Assembly: GCA_964621445.1 (NCBI GenBank)
Contig: CAZUNO010000011.1
Location: 1-64,000 of the forward strand
Source of the DNA: Candidatus Hadarchaeota archaeon
GTDB lineage: Archaea > CAYQAE01 > CAYVLA01
Direction of reading: 5' to 3'
DNA: 64,000 bases
Both the position numbers and the translations under genes were made by a program. Positions 30,032-39,906 of this stretch are shown here, piece by piece. How positions within the stretch are numbered: the first letter of the stretch is position 1; each line of letters opens with the position of its first letter. The notes beneath the pieces were generated by a model. That model did not search any database and had not been told where the DNA came from. It was given only the letters and a program-made list of their open reading frames with translations.

Positions 30032-31776
30032 TTGAAGGATCAGTTCAGAGGGTTGCCGGTCCGGTCGTGACCGCCAAGGGGTTGGCCGGGTCCAAAATGC
30101 ATGACATCGTTTACGTCGGAGAGGATGAACTCATAGGGGAGATAATCAGGCTCAGGAGCGACACCGCCGAGATACAGGTCTACGAGGAGACGGCGGGGGT
30201 CAAGCCCGGGGACGTCATCAACTGCGTCCAGAGGCCGCTCTCGGCCGAACTTGGCCCCGGCCTTATCGGAAACACCTACGACGGCGTGCAGAGACCCCTG
30301 GAGGCCATACAGGAGAAGACCGGGAATTTCATCTCCCGCGGGGTTGGTGCCGACGCCCTGGACCGGGACGCCAAGTGGAAGTTCGTGCCGGCGATCGAGG
30401 AGGGAGATGAGGTCAGCGGGGGGCAGTTCCTGGGCAAGGTCCCCGAATCGAAGATAGTCGACCACAAGATCATGGTTCCCGTGGGCCTGGAGGGGATGGT
30501 CGAGGACATCGTCCCCGAGGGGGAGTACCGGGTGGAGGACCGGGTGGCCACCATAGACGGCACCGAGGTCTCGATGATGAGCTTCTGGCCGGTTCGAAGG
30601 CCCAGGCCAGTGAGCGAGAAGATGGACCCCACCATCCCTCTGGTCACCGGGCAGAGGATATTCGACACCTTCTTCCCCATAGCCAAGGGGGGGACGGCCG
30701 CCATACCCGGGGGCTTCGGAACCGGAAAGACGGTCTCCCAACACCAGCTGGCCAAGTGGAGTGACGCGGACATAGTGGTCTACGTCGGCTGCGGTGAGCG
30801 GGGAAATGAAATGGCCGAGGTGCTGAAGGACTTCCCGGCCCTAGAGGACCCGCGACACAACGTTCCCCTCATGGAGCGCACCATACTCATAGCAAACACC
30901 TCCAACATGCCGGTGGCGGCCAGGGAGGCCTCGGTGTACACCGGGATAACCCTGGCGGAGTACTACCGGGACATGGGCTACGGCGTGGCCCTGATGGCGG
31001 ACTCCACATCCAGGTGGGCCGAGGCCCTCAGGGAGATCTCCGCCCGGCTGGAGGAGATGCCGGGGGAGAGGGGCTTCCCGGCCTACCTGGGGAGCAGGTT
31101 GGCCGAGTTCTACGAGCGGGCCGGGAGGGTCACCACCTTGTCCGGCGATCAGGGATCGGTCTCCGTGGTCGGTGCCGTGTCACCGGGCGGGGGGGACTTC
31201 TCGGAGCCGGTTACCCAGAACACCCTGAGGATAACCCAGGTTTTCTGGGCCCTGGACTCCGACCTCGCCCAGCGAAGGCACTTCCCGGCCGTGAACTGGC
31301 TGGACAGCTACTCCAAGTACGTGGACCAGCTGGCTGACTGGTACAGGGATAACGTTGGTGACCTGACCCAGGTTAGGTCCAGGAGCCTGGAGCTACTACA
31401 GCGTGAGGACGAGCTCCAGGAGATCGTGCAGCTGGTGGGCCCGGACGCCCTGCCGGAGAACGAGAGGCTGCTACTGGAATGCACCCGGATGATAAGGGAG
31501 GACTTCCTACAGCAGTTCGCCTTCCACGAGGTCGATACCTACTGTCCGCTGTCCAAGCAGTTCGAGATGATGAACGTAATCTTCGAGTTTTACGATTCGG
31601 CACGCAAGCTGGTGGAGTCAGGAATCAGCGTGGAGAGGATCAAGGGCATGAAGGTGAGAAATGATATAGCCCGGATGAAGAACATTCCCACCGAGGAGTT
31701 CGAGGAACAGGCGAGGAAGATCAGGAAGAGAATTGACGATGAGATGCGCCAGGTAAGGGAGGGGGACCAGGAATGA
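30028..31776 (+). CDS. atpA: A/V-type ATP synthase subunit A (no intein)
   Basis: GGFGTGKT P-loop, [23 protein letters not shown] and [12 protein letters not shown] motifs. Confidence 0.98.
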   Translation: MIEGSVQRVAGPVVTAKGLAGSKMHDIVYVGEDELIGEIIRLRSDTAEIQVYEETAGVKPGDVINCVQRPLSAELGPGLIGNTYDGVQRPLEAIQEKTGNFISRGVGADALDRDAKWKFVPAIEEGDEVSGGQFLGKVPESKIVDHKIMVPVGLEGMVEDIVPEGEYRVEDRVATIDGTEVSMMSFWPVRRPRPVSEKMDPTIPLVTGQRIFDTFFPIAKGGTAAIPGGFGTGKTVSQHQLAKWSDADIVVYVGCGERGNEMAEVLKDFPALEDPRHNVPLMERTILIANTSNMPVAAREASVYTGITLAEYYRDMGYGVALMADSTSRWAEALREISARLEEMPGERGFPAYLGSRLAEFYERAGRVTTLSGDQGSVSVVGAVSPGGGDFSEPVTQNTLRITQVFWALDSDLAQRRHFPAVNWLDSYSKYVDQLADWYRDNVGDLTQVRSRSLELLQREDELQEIVQLVGPDALPENERLLLECTRMIREDFLQQFAFHEVDTYCPLSKQFEMMNVIFEFYDSARKLVESGISVERIKGMKVRNDIARMKNIPTEEFEEQARKIRKRIDDEMRQVREGDQE

Positions 31777-33170
31777 GCACCGACAAGGTCTACAACACGG
31801 TTTCCGAGGTATCCGGACCCCTCATCGTGGTCGAGGACGTGGAGGGGGTGGGCTTCGACGAGGTCGTGGAGGTCAGGACCCCCGACGGCCAGGAGAGAAT
31901 GGGAAGGGTCCTGGAGGTGGGAGAGAACGCGGCCGTGGTGATGATATTCGAGGGCACCTCCGGGCTGGACACCAACCGGACCAGCGTGCGGTTCTCGGGT
32001 GAGACCCTGAAGCTGCCGGTTTCCATGGAGCTCCTGGGACGTGTCTTCGACGGGATGGGCCGACCCCGCGACGGCGGCCCGGACGTGGTTGCAGACGACC
32101 GCCGGGACATAAGCGGTGCCCCAATGAACCCGGTGTCCAGGGAGTACCCGGAGGAATTCATACAGACCGGGATATCGGCCATTGACGGCATGAATACCCT
32201 GGTCCGGGGCCAGAAGCTGCCCATTTTCTCGGGATCGGGCCTGCCCCACAACCAGATCGCGGCGCAGATTGCCAGGCAGGCAACTGTCCTGGGCGAGGAG
32301 GAGGACTTCGCCGTGGTCTTCGCGGCCATGGGGATAACCTACGAGGAGGCCAACTTCTTCAGAAAGGATTTCGAGCGCACCGGGGCCATGGAGAGGATCG
32401 TTCTGTTCCTTAACCTCGCCGACGACCCGTCGGTGGAGAGGATCATAACCCCCCGAATGGCGCTAACCGCCGCCGAGTACCTGGCCTTCGACCAGGGGAT
32501 GCACGTCCTGGTAATCAGGACCGACATGACAAACTACTGCGAGGGCCTGAGGGAGATAAGCGCCGCTAGGGAGGAGGTCCCGGGTAGAAGAGGTTATCCG
32601 GGCTACATGTATACCGATTTGGCTATGACCTACGAGAGGGCGGGAAGGATGAAGAACAGGAAGGGGAGCGTGACCCAGATACCCATCCTCACCATGCCCG
32701 ACGACGACATCACACACCCCATCCCCGACCTGACCGGCTACATAACCGAGGGCCAGATAGTCCTCTCCCGGGCCCTGCACAAGAGGGGCATATACCCACC
32801 CATAGACGTCCTTCCCTCCCTCAGCCGTCTGATGAAGAGGGGGATCGGCGAAGGGCACACCAGGGAGGACCACGCCGACGTTCAGAACCAGCTCTACGCG
32901 GCCTACGGCGAGGGATGCGACCTCAGGGACCTGGTGGCCGTGGTGGGGGAGGAGGCCCTGAGCCCCAGGGACCGGAGGTACCTTAACTTGGCCGATGTGT
33001 TCGAGAACGAGTTCCTGAAGCAGGGACCGAACGAGAACCGGTCCATAGAGGAGACCCTGTCCCTGGCATGGGACGTGTTGTCCAACCTTCCCGAGTCCGA
33101 GCTGAAGAGGATTGATCAGGATTATATCGACCACTACTTCCCGGAGCAGGAATCCGAGGAGAAGGAGTAG
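31773..33170 (+). CDS. atpB: A/V-type ATP synthase subunit B
   Basis: [28 protein letters not shown] and [15 protein letters not shown] motifs. Confidence 0.98.
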   Translation: MSTDKVYNTVSEVSGPLIVVEDVEGVGFDEVVEVRTPDGQERMGRVLEVGENAAVVMIFEGTSGLDTNRTSVRFSGETLKLPVSMELLGRVFDGMGRPRDGGPDVVADDRRDISGAPMNPVSREYPEEFIQTGISAIDGMNTLVRGQKLPIFSGSGLPHNQIAAQIARQATVLGEEEDFAVVFAAMGITYEEANFFRKDFERTGAMERIVLFLNLADDPSVERIITPRMALTAAEYLAFDQGMHVLVIRTDMTNYCEGLREISAAREEVPGRRGYPGYMYTDLAMTYERAGRMKNRKGSVTQIPILTMPDDDITHPIPDLTGYITEGQIVLSRALHKRGIYPPIDVLPSLSRLMKRGIGEGHTREDHADVQNQLYAAYGEGCDLRDLVAVVGEEALSPRDRRYLNLADVFENEFLKQGPNENRSIEETLSLAWDVLSNLPESELKRIDQDYIDHYFPEQESEEKE

Positions 33171-33178
33171 GTGTTGCC

Positions 33179-33832
33179 ATGCCTAAAGGTGGCCTAGAGG
33201 ATGTAAAACCCACCCGGATGGAACTCCTGCAGCTCAAGAAGAGGGTGGAGCTGGCGGAGAAGGGACGTGACCTGTTGGAGGAGAAGAGGGACGCCCTGAT
33301 GATGGAGTTCTTCGACGCCATGCGCCTGGTCCGGGACCGGAGGGAGACCGCGAACCGTGTTCTACAGAGGGCGCACAGGGATCTCTCCCTCTGTTTCTCC
33401 ACCATGGGTACCCAGGAGACCAGGCAGGTATCGACCTACACACAGGCCGAGATCAACGTTTCCATCGGTTCCAAGAACGTCATGGGGGTGACCATACCAA
33501 CGGCGGAGGTGGGGGATATAAAGAGAGATGCAAACCAGAGGGGGTACCCCTTCCTGGGCAACACCGTGCGTCTGGACGAGGCGGCGGGGTCTTTCGAGGA
33601 CGCGCTGCAGGCCATCGTGGACCTGGCGGCGGCCGAGGAGACCGCGAGAAAGGTGGCCTCGGAGCTGGAGAAGACCAAGAGGAGGGTCAGCGCCCTGGAT
33701 AACGTGGTGGTGCCCAATTTGCAGTCCACCATAAAGAGGATTCAGGACAAGCTCGAGGAGCAGGAGAGGGAGAGCTTCGTCAGGCTCAAGAAGGTAAAGA
33801 GCCTGCTAACCGACGAGGAAGGCTTACTCTAG
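33179..33832 (+). CDS. atpD: A/V-type ATP synthase subunit D
   Basis: KPTRMELL, LLEEKRDAL, KTKRRVSAL and ERESFVRLK motifs. Confidence 0.96.
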   Translation: MPKGGLEDVKPTRMELLQLKKRVELAEKGRDLLEEKRDALMMEFFDAMRLVRDRRETANRVLQRAHRDLSLCFSTMGTQETRQVSTYTQAEINVSIGSKNVMGVTIPTAEVGDIKRDANQRGYPFLGNTVRLDEAAGSFEDALQAIVDLAAAEETARKVASELEKTKRRVSALDNVVVPNLQSTIKRIQDKLEEQERESFVRLKKVKSLLTDEEGLL

Positions 33833-33892
33833 GCGGGCTCTCGAAACATTTTTCTTCATTTCACTACGGGCATGTGCAGGGCGAGGGAGGAT

Positions 33893-34201
33893 ATGGATGG
33901 AAGCTCCTCGGGAAAAATTGTCCTGCTAGCGGCGATAGGAGGACCGGTCGGTAATCTTGTCCTGGTCTCGGGAGCCATGTCCCTGGTAATGATCCTTCTG
34001 GACGTCGAACTGCTGGTGATGGGGATGGCCATATTTGGCCTGTACTCACTGGGCCTTTCCCTGATCTACCTGGTGATGAGGCCGGCTCTGGAGGCCATGG
34101 AAGCCACCCGTTTGTTCCAGGCGGCGATGGTGGTGGTTACCATTGCCTTCCTGTCTTTCACCCTAACCTTCCTCCTCGACATGGAGATATTGAATTGGTG
34201 A
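33893..34201 (+). CDS. Small hypothetical membrane protein (3 TM)
   Basis: Three hydrophobic segments; stop overlaps the start of the CBS gene. Confidence 0.6.
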   Translation: MDGSSSGKIVLLAAIGGPVGNLVLVSGAMSLVMILLDVELLVMGMAIFGLYSLGLSLIYLVMRPALEAMEATRLFQAAMVVVTIAFLSFTLTFLLDMEILNW

Positions 34202-34617
34202 CCACTGCTTACGACTTGGCGACGGCCTACGATATCAGCCGAAAGGAATTGGTGTTCTGCAATGCAAACGACCCGGTCCGAAAGGTGGCCAGGGACTTTT
34301 ACGAAAAGAAGATCGGGTCCATGATAGTGGTCAGGGACGATGAGTATATCGGTTTCGTGACCGACGAGAACATATTCCAGGCCATCGCCGAGGATGTGGA
34401 CCTGCTCACCTCCAAGGTGGGTGACCTCAAGCTTGACGAGCTTCACAAGATCGACAGGGACGCAACCCTTTCCGAGGTCTCCGACAAGTTTGCCCAGACC
34501 CAGGCCACCCGGCTGGCCGTGGTTGACGAGCACGGAAAGGTGGTGGCGGTGGTAAAGAAGAAGAACCTGGAGCTACTGGACCGGTTCAGTTTCGTGGACC
34601 GACTAATGAAGGGCTAG
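34195..34617 (+). CDS. CBS-domain protein
   Basis: IGSMIVV...IGFVTDENI and RLAVVDEHGKVVAVV form a CBS pair. Confidence 0.85.
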   Translation: MVTTAYDLATAYDISRKELVFCNANDPVRKVARDFYEKKIGSMIVVRDDEYIGFVTDENIFQAIAEDVDLLTSKVGDLKLDELHKIDRDATLSEVSDKFAQTQATRLAVVDEHGKVVAVVKKKNLELLDRFSFVDRLMKG

Positions 34618-35891
34618 TCCTGTCCCCCTCCCTCCCCGGCTTCCCGGTCCCTTTCCTGTTTTGATTTTATCACGTAGTACATTATGGGGTTCTTTATTCG
34701 ACGGCAGGTCTCGTCGGGGTCGCACAATGAGGGGACCTCCCTCCGGATCTTTTCGCAGTTCGGCGGGATATACCAGGTGGAGTTACCGGAGTCCACAAGC
34801 CGGGGGCTCTGAATCAGCCCGAAGCCTAGGTGGTAGAGAATGTTGGCCTTCTCCAGCGGCTGGTCCTCGAAGAGCGGCGGGTTGCACCTGGATCCGGCCT
34901 CGTATATACGGGGTACTATCTCCTCCTCCACTATGGACATGTCGTCTATGAAGTCGGATATCTTGGCATCTCCGGCCAGGGGGGATATCCGGGCGTGGGA
35001 GAAGAAGGAGGTCAGTAGAACGGTGATGGCGTAGTTACGGCTGCCCGCCTCAACGCCCTGTTCGGCCTTCCTGATGCATGGCGGGAAGAGTTCCTCCCTG
35101 AGCTCACCTCCCATGGCCACCAGGTCCTGGTGGCTGCGGCGGGCGATATCCGATACTATCTCCCCGATCCGCCTGAACACCGGGTGCGGTTTCATGCCCG
35201 CCCTCTTCATCTTCAGGTGGACCTTATCGATGTACTCCTCCATGTGCCGGGCTGTTCTCTCGGCCAGCACCTCCAGTGCATCATTTGGCGACAGGAATGC
35301 CCACCCGTCCTTGATGTAGAAATCCACCATCTCGTGGGCCGTTCCCAGCAGGTTGGTCCACCTGAACTTGTACTGGATCTGGTCCAGGTCCGAGTATGAG
35401 GCCTTCACGCTTCGGCGGGATGTGAACTTCCTGAGGGCCATAACCTTGTATCTGTCCTCCTCGGGCATGTCTCCCTGTTCAACCCTTCTCAGCCCGATGT
35501 CTGGTATGAGGCCGACTATGGAGCCCCTTTCCCTGACATAGGCCCGTTTCAACCTCCTTCTGATGATCTCCCTGTAACCGGATATCACGGTTCGTGACTC
35601 GAAGGAGGTGGGTGAGAAACAGGCGGCGCAGGACTGCATGAGCAGGTAGAGAACCGCGATCTCGAACCTGGGGTCGGGGGGGTTTACGGCCTCCTCGGGC
35701 GGTGATTTCTGGACCATTGTCGGCTGATCGTCCTCCCCCACGCTGGGCTTGGACTGCCACTCGATTCTCTGCCTGCAGGCCTGTATGTATCTCTGGCCCA
35801 GACTGTTGATTGGTGGGGTTTCCTTGGCCAGTTCCCGGGCGGGCTCTGAGAAGGGGTCCAGAAGAGCCCTCTGCACATCGATCCGAGCCAC
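34614..35891 (-). CDS. priL: DNA primase large subunit
   Basis: FPPCI, GSRNYAITVLLTSF, CNPPLF, YIPPNCEK..LCDPDETC..IKNPIMYY (Fe-S cysteines); start estimated. Confidence 0.9.
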   Translation of the reverse strand: MARIDVQRALLDPFSEPARELAKETPPINSLGQRYIQACRQRIEWQSKPSVGEDDQPTMVQKSPPEEAVNPPDPRFEIAVLYLLMQSCAACFSPTSFESRTVISGYREIIRRRLKRAYVRERGSIVGLIPDIGLRRVEQGDMPEEDRYKVMALRKFTSRRSVKASYSDLDQIQYKFRWTNLLGTAHEMVDFYIKDGWAFLSPNDALEVLAERTARHMEEYIDKVHLKMKRAGMKPHPVFRRIGEIVSDIARRSHQDLVAMGGELREELFPPCIRKAEQGVEAGSRNYAITVLLTSFFSHARISPLAGDAKISDFIDDMSIVEEEIVPRIYEAGSRCNPPLFEDQPLEKANILYHLGFGLIQSPRLVDSGNSTWYIPPNCEKIRREVPSLCDPDETCRRIKNPIMYYVIKSKQERDREAGEGGGQD

Positions 35892-35931
35892 GGTGTTAGG
35901 CAGGTTCCGGGGGATAAAAATCGTGCCCAGT

Positions 35932-36597
35932 CTAGTCCCAGGCGATGAAGCTGGACAGTCCATTCCCCAGGAAGTATATCCCCAGGAGAACTAGAAATAT
36001 GGAGCATCCTACCAGAACCCCCCTGTAGACCACGTCGTTTATGTGTTTGGTTCCGGTGGCGACTCCGGCCGATATCAGGCTGAACCAGGCCAGATCCGAT
36101 AGTATGTGTCCCGAGTAGAATGCCGGGAGTCCAAGCGGCCCGGCCTCCGAGGCCATTGCTATGTAGGCAAGTCCTATTGTTGCCCACCAAAGCATCCAGT
36201 AGGGATTAGAGGCGCTGGTCACTATGCCCTCGATCACCGGCCTGAGCACGGACTCCTCCCTCGCGGAATGGCCCGAGTCGGGCCGGGATGGCAGCTCGGC
36301 CTTCCCGGTCTTGACCTCGTAGGCTATCATGGCACCTAGGGCCACCAGCATGAGGCCACCAACTATCAGTATGGTGTTCATCACCGCTTCCCTCCGCAGG
36401 ATCTCGCCCAGGCCGGCCAGCACCGCGGATATTAGCCCAACCTCGATTATCCCGTGCCCCAGGACCACCAGTGGCCCGGCCTTAAAACCCATGCGGGCCG
36501 AGCGGTTTATGGTGGCCACCAGTACCGGACCGGGCATCATGGCTCCGCTGAGACCCACCACGAAGGCGCTACCGAACAGAAACGGGAGGGAGGCCAT
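35932..36597 (-). CDS. LysE-family transporter
   Basis: GLSGAMMPGP, GHGIIE, SNPYWMLWW and GHILSD motifs. Confidence 0.9.
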   Translation of the reverse strand: MASLPFLFGSAFVVGLSGAMMPGPVLVATINRSARMGFKAGPLVVLGHGIIEVGLISAVLAGLGEILRREAVMNTILIVGGLMLVALGAMIAYEVKTGKAELPSRPDSGHSAREESVLRPVIEGIVTSASNPYWMLWWATIGLAYIAMASEAGPLGLPAFYSGHILSDLAWFSLISAGVATGTKHINDVVYRGVLVGCSIFLVLLGIYFLGNGLSSFIAWD

Positions 36598-36601
36598 GGC
36601 T

Positions 36602-37756
36602 CTAGAGGCCCAGGGAAGTGCTGATAACTCTATTCTCCCTGCTCTGCAGGGATCGTCGGCAGCCCTCCATGGTACTCTCGCGAGCGGTTACCGTGCACAG
36701 CGGGGATCCGGCTTTCACCCTAGTTCCGGGCCTGGGCCTGTCCTTGACGAAGGGGAGGAACAGGGAGCTTGAGGCCACGAGGTCGGCGGGCGCGTAGACC
36801 ACCTTGCGGCCCCAGAACCCCGGGGCCCTTTCACCCTTCCTGGGGAGTCCCTGTCCCCTGCAGGCCCTGACGTGGAGGTCGAAAACGCTGAGACCAGAGG
36901 CCCCCTCTACCACCTCCAGGCTGCCCTGAATCCTGGGGTTTACCTCAAGCAGGTAGGGGTGGTCATCCCTTATTGCGAAATCTATGCCGTTACAGCCGAC
37001 AAGCTCGTACTCGCGGGCCACCAGGCGGGCCGCACCCAGCATCTCCTCCTCAACCGAATTTGGGACATCGAGCGGGGCTATATTGCCGCCGTACCTGAAC
37101 CCGCAGGTGGAGCTGCCGACGAGCTGTCTGGTGGTGCTCAGCGGCAGGAACTGGTCCCCATTACACACGAAGGAGAGGGAGGCCGGGATCCCGGGAACCA
37201 ATCTCTGGACGAGCGCTGGCCTGTCCCGCCACCTGTTGAGAAGCCCTGGTGAGCCCATTACCTGGTCCAGCCTCGCTATGCCGTGTCCCCCGCCTGATTT
37301 CAGCGGCTTGACCAGGAATTCTCCCTCTTCCGTGAATCCGGGGTCCAGGTCCCCCAGGCGGTCCACTACGCGGGTCGGAGGAAAACTGATTTTCTCGCTC
37401 GCCAGAAATTCGAACAGCTTTTCCCAGTCTCTAACCCTTCTCAGGGTCCTGGCGGAGTTGCCAAATATCGCCTTCCCATCACTGACCCAGCCTTCAACCA
37501 GTTCGGGGTGGTTCTCGAACCCGGACCCGTACACCACCTCGGTGAAGTCCAGATCCTTGCTGCAGAGGTAGAGCTTTTCGGTTGCCGAGCCCGGGAGCGC
37601 GTGGAGATGCTGGAAATCCCTCATCAGGGAGTAGCTTGGATAGATACGGGATAGGTCGAGGTCTCCAAATATGTCCAGTACAAGGAGATTGTACCCCGTC
37701 CTGGCCGCTGATTCGGCAGCGGCACGGGCGCTGATGGTGACCAGAAGCATGGCCAT
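36602..37756 (-). CDS. ATP-grasp domain protein (family often linked to H4MPT/methanofuran C1 genes)
   Basis: DIFGDLD, GSGFEN, KPLKSGGG and GCNGIDF...LEVNPRIQGS motifs. Confidence 0.85.
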   Translation of the reverse strand: MAMLLVTISARAAAESAARTGYNLLVLDIFGDLDLSRIYPSYSLMRDFQHLHALPGSATEKLYLCSKDLDFTEVVYGSGFENHPELVEGWVSDGKAIFGNSARTLRRVRDWEKLFEFLASEKISFPPTRVVDRLGDLDPGFTEEGEFLVKPLKSGGGHGIARLDQVMGSPGLLNRWRDRPALVQRLVPGIPASLSFVCNGDQFLPLSTTRQLVGSSTCGFRYGGNIAPLDVPNSVEEEMLGAARLVAREYELVGCNGIDFAIRDDHPYLLEVNPRIQGSLEVVEGASGLSVFDLHVRACRGQGLPRKGERAPGFWGRKVVYAPADLVASSSLFLPFVKDRPRPGTRVKAGSPLCTVTARESTMEGCRRSLQSRENRVISTSLGL

Positions 37757-37822
37757 TCCGCTTTTCTCTCCCTGACGGTTAGATGTTGAGAGATTTAATA
37801 ACTAGCACTCCCTTTTCCATAT

Positions 37823-37888
37823 GGGTGGATGAAGACGCCTACAGCGGAGGAGTTAACTCGATGACTGATGATGGGCGGGCCGACACCC
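37823..37888 (+). ncRNA. Candidate C/D-box small RNA
   Basis: Terminal stem GGGTG/CACCC, C-like ATGAAGA, internal CTGA/TGATGA, D-like CCGA; TTTAATA ~28 nt upstream and a pyrimidine tract downstream. Confidence 0.45.
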
Positions 37889-37993
37889 TTTCCCCTTTCC
37901 GGATTTCAGATTTCCACCTCGGGGGTTGGAACAGCAATTTATAAGCCATCAACATGACCTATCGACGGGAGCTGACCCTATTTCTCGGAACGG

Positions 37994-38578
37994 GTGTCTA
38001 AATTGGAAGAGGTCATGGAGCCTGAGGATAAATACGCCGTAATACGTGATGCGCTGTACCGACTGGGCGGAAGAGTTAGACATGACGTCCTGGAGGGCGA
38101 GGTCTGCGGACGAAAACATCGCTGGAGATCCGAGCCCGTGGTACTTTCCAAGCGGTCATTCAAGATATACCTGAAGATCCTAATTCTGAAGGGGCACATA
38201 CTGAAGGACGAGGTCGAGACCCCGGTGGGGAATAACGTGTACTACGAGTTGACCTCGAAGATATCGAGGAGGATAGAGGTCCATCGGTACGCGGTGGTGG
38301 CCGGCATACTACAGGCCGGTTACCAGCTGCCACCGGTCCTGGAATCATTACGCAAGACCGCGGTATCTCTAATGGAGAGCTACCCCCATCTGGTACCCGA
38401 GCTGGGGGAGTACGGGTCCAAGAGGTATGTCACCTGGATGTCGACCCAGTGGAGCTCGGAGGCCCGGGAGACCCTAACCCAGATACTGGCCAGAAGGTAC
38501 GTCCTGGTGGCCGGTGAGATGATAATTCCGCTCAAGGAACTTAATCCCGGGATGCGGGAAACCCTGATGATAGACTGA
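37994..38578 (+). CDS. Hypothetical protein, possible winged-helix N-domain
   Basis: LSKRSFKIYLKILILKGHILK...NVYYELT resembles a wHTH recognition helix and wing. Confidence 0.65.
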   Translation: MSKLEEVMEPEDKYAVIRDALYRLGGRVRHDVLEGEVCGRKHRWRSEPVVLSKRSFKIYLKILILKGHILKDEVETPVGNNVYYELTSKISRRIEVHRYAVVAGILQAGYQLPPVLESLRKTAVSLMESYPHLVPELGEYGSKRYVTWMSTQWSSEARETLTQILARRYVLVAGEMIIPLKELNPGMRETLMID

Positions 38579-38624
38579 TTTCCGGACGGGAACCGCCCGA
38601 TCGCTGCTTGATGGTCAAAGATAA

Positions 38625-39440
38625 TTGAGAACATGTGGTGCTGTGAAAGGCGAAACCAGGATCAAGGAAGTCGTGTGCAAGACGGCGTTGAGTCCCTGCG
38701 GTCTGCCGGGGTTCGATTATTCCCTGAATCCCTACCGGGGATGCGGACACGGATGCGTCTATTGCTATTCACCGGCGGTGATAAGGGAGACCAGGGAGTG
38801 GGGGACCTTCGTTGATGTCAAGGTGAACATCCCCAACGTTCTGGCAAAGGAGCTGGGGCGTAAGAGGGAGGGAATTATATGGCTGGGAAGCGTGTGTGAT
38901 GCATATCAGCCAGCCGAGGAGAGGTTCGCCCTGACCAGGAAGTGCCTGAGGCAGCTGCTCAGGGTCGATTGGTCCATCTCCCTTCTCACCAAGTCCTCCC
39001 TATCTGCCCGGGACTTCGATCTGATGGCCGATTTCTCAGATTTTGATCTCGGGTACAGCATAACCTCCGACGATGATTCCCTGCGCAGGAAGATGGAGCC
39101 TGGCGCCTCCTCGGTGGATGAAAGGCTGGAAGCCATGGCCAGGGCCAGCGATAGGGGGCTCGACCCGTGGGCATTCATAGCTCCCATCATTCCCGGAAGG
39201 ACCGACCGGGTCGGGGATATGGAGTCCCTTATAGAGGCCCTGGCCGATGCCGGGGTTGAGAGGGTCGGTTTTGATCCTTTCCGTTACAAGTCCAGGTGCT
39301 GGCCCAGGATGAGGGAGTTTCTGGGGGAGGGGTCGGTGGAGGATTTCAAGGAGGCCCTGAGGAGTCCGGAGCACTTCCTCTCCGTGGCGAGGACCATTGA
39401 GCAGGAGTGCAGCAAACGGGGCATGAAGTTGGTGGCCTAG
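38625..39440 (+). CDS. Radical SAM protein, spore-photoproduct-lyase-like family
   Basis: LNPYRGCGHGCVYCY, DAYQPAE, LTKS and MEPGAS motifs. Confidence 0.9.
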   Translation: MRTCGAVKGETRIKEVVCKTALSPCGLPGFDYSLNPYRGCGHGCVYCYSPAVIRETREWGTFVDVKVNIPNVLAKELGRKREGIIWLGSVCDAYQPAEERFALTRKCLRQLLRVDWSISLLTKSSLSARDFDLMADFSDFDLGYSITSDDDSLRRKMEPGASSVDERLEAMARASDRGLDPWAFIAPIIPGRTDRVGDMESLIEALADAGVERVGFDPFRYKSRCWPRMREFLGEGSVEDFKEALRSPEHFLSVARTIEQECSKRGMKLVA

Positions 39441-39800
39441 TTGAAATCGAAACCTAATCTGGTGCTGGTAAGCAGGAACCTGCAAAGCCGCTCCTACATA
39501 AGGGCCCAGCTGATCGAGGAGGGCATAGAGGTGGCAGCGTTTAGATCGCTGGACGATGCCAGGCACTGGATGTTCGTGGGAGGGAGGGTACCGGACCTGG
39601 TCCTGGTGGATATCTGGAGAATGCCCCTGGAACCCGAGTTCATCAATTGGATGGAGGATTTGAGTGACCGGGCCCCGCTCCTGTTCCTCACCGGCGCTCG
39701 CCAGAGACTACCTCAGGCGATCCAGGGCCTGGGAGACGCAATCCGACGGCCGGCGAGCGTGGGACAGGTCGTGAGCAGGGTGAGGTCAACCCTGGATTGA
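39441..39800 (+). CDS. Stand-alone receiver (CheY-like) domain protein
   Basis: PDLVLVDIWRMP and LLFLTG motifs; the N-terminal acidic pair and conserved Lys appear degenerate. Confidence 0.7.
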   Translation: MKSKPNLVLVSRNLQSRSYIRAQLIEEGIEVAAFRSLDDARHWMFVGGRVPDLVLVDIWRMPLEPEFINWMEDLSDRAPLLFLTGARQRLPQAIQGLGDAIRRPASVGQVVSRVRSTLD

Positions 39801-39906
39801 GGTGAATTGGCTCATTCAAGCCTTGGAACCCCTTTTTTATTCGGGAAAGTTACCTTTTAATCTCCACATGGAATAGCTATATTGGAGATCTCCGGGGAGC
39901 TTTTAG

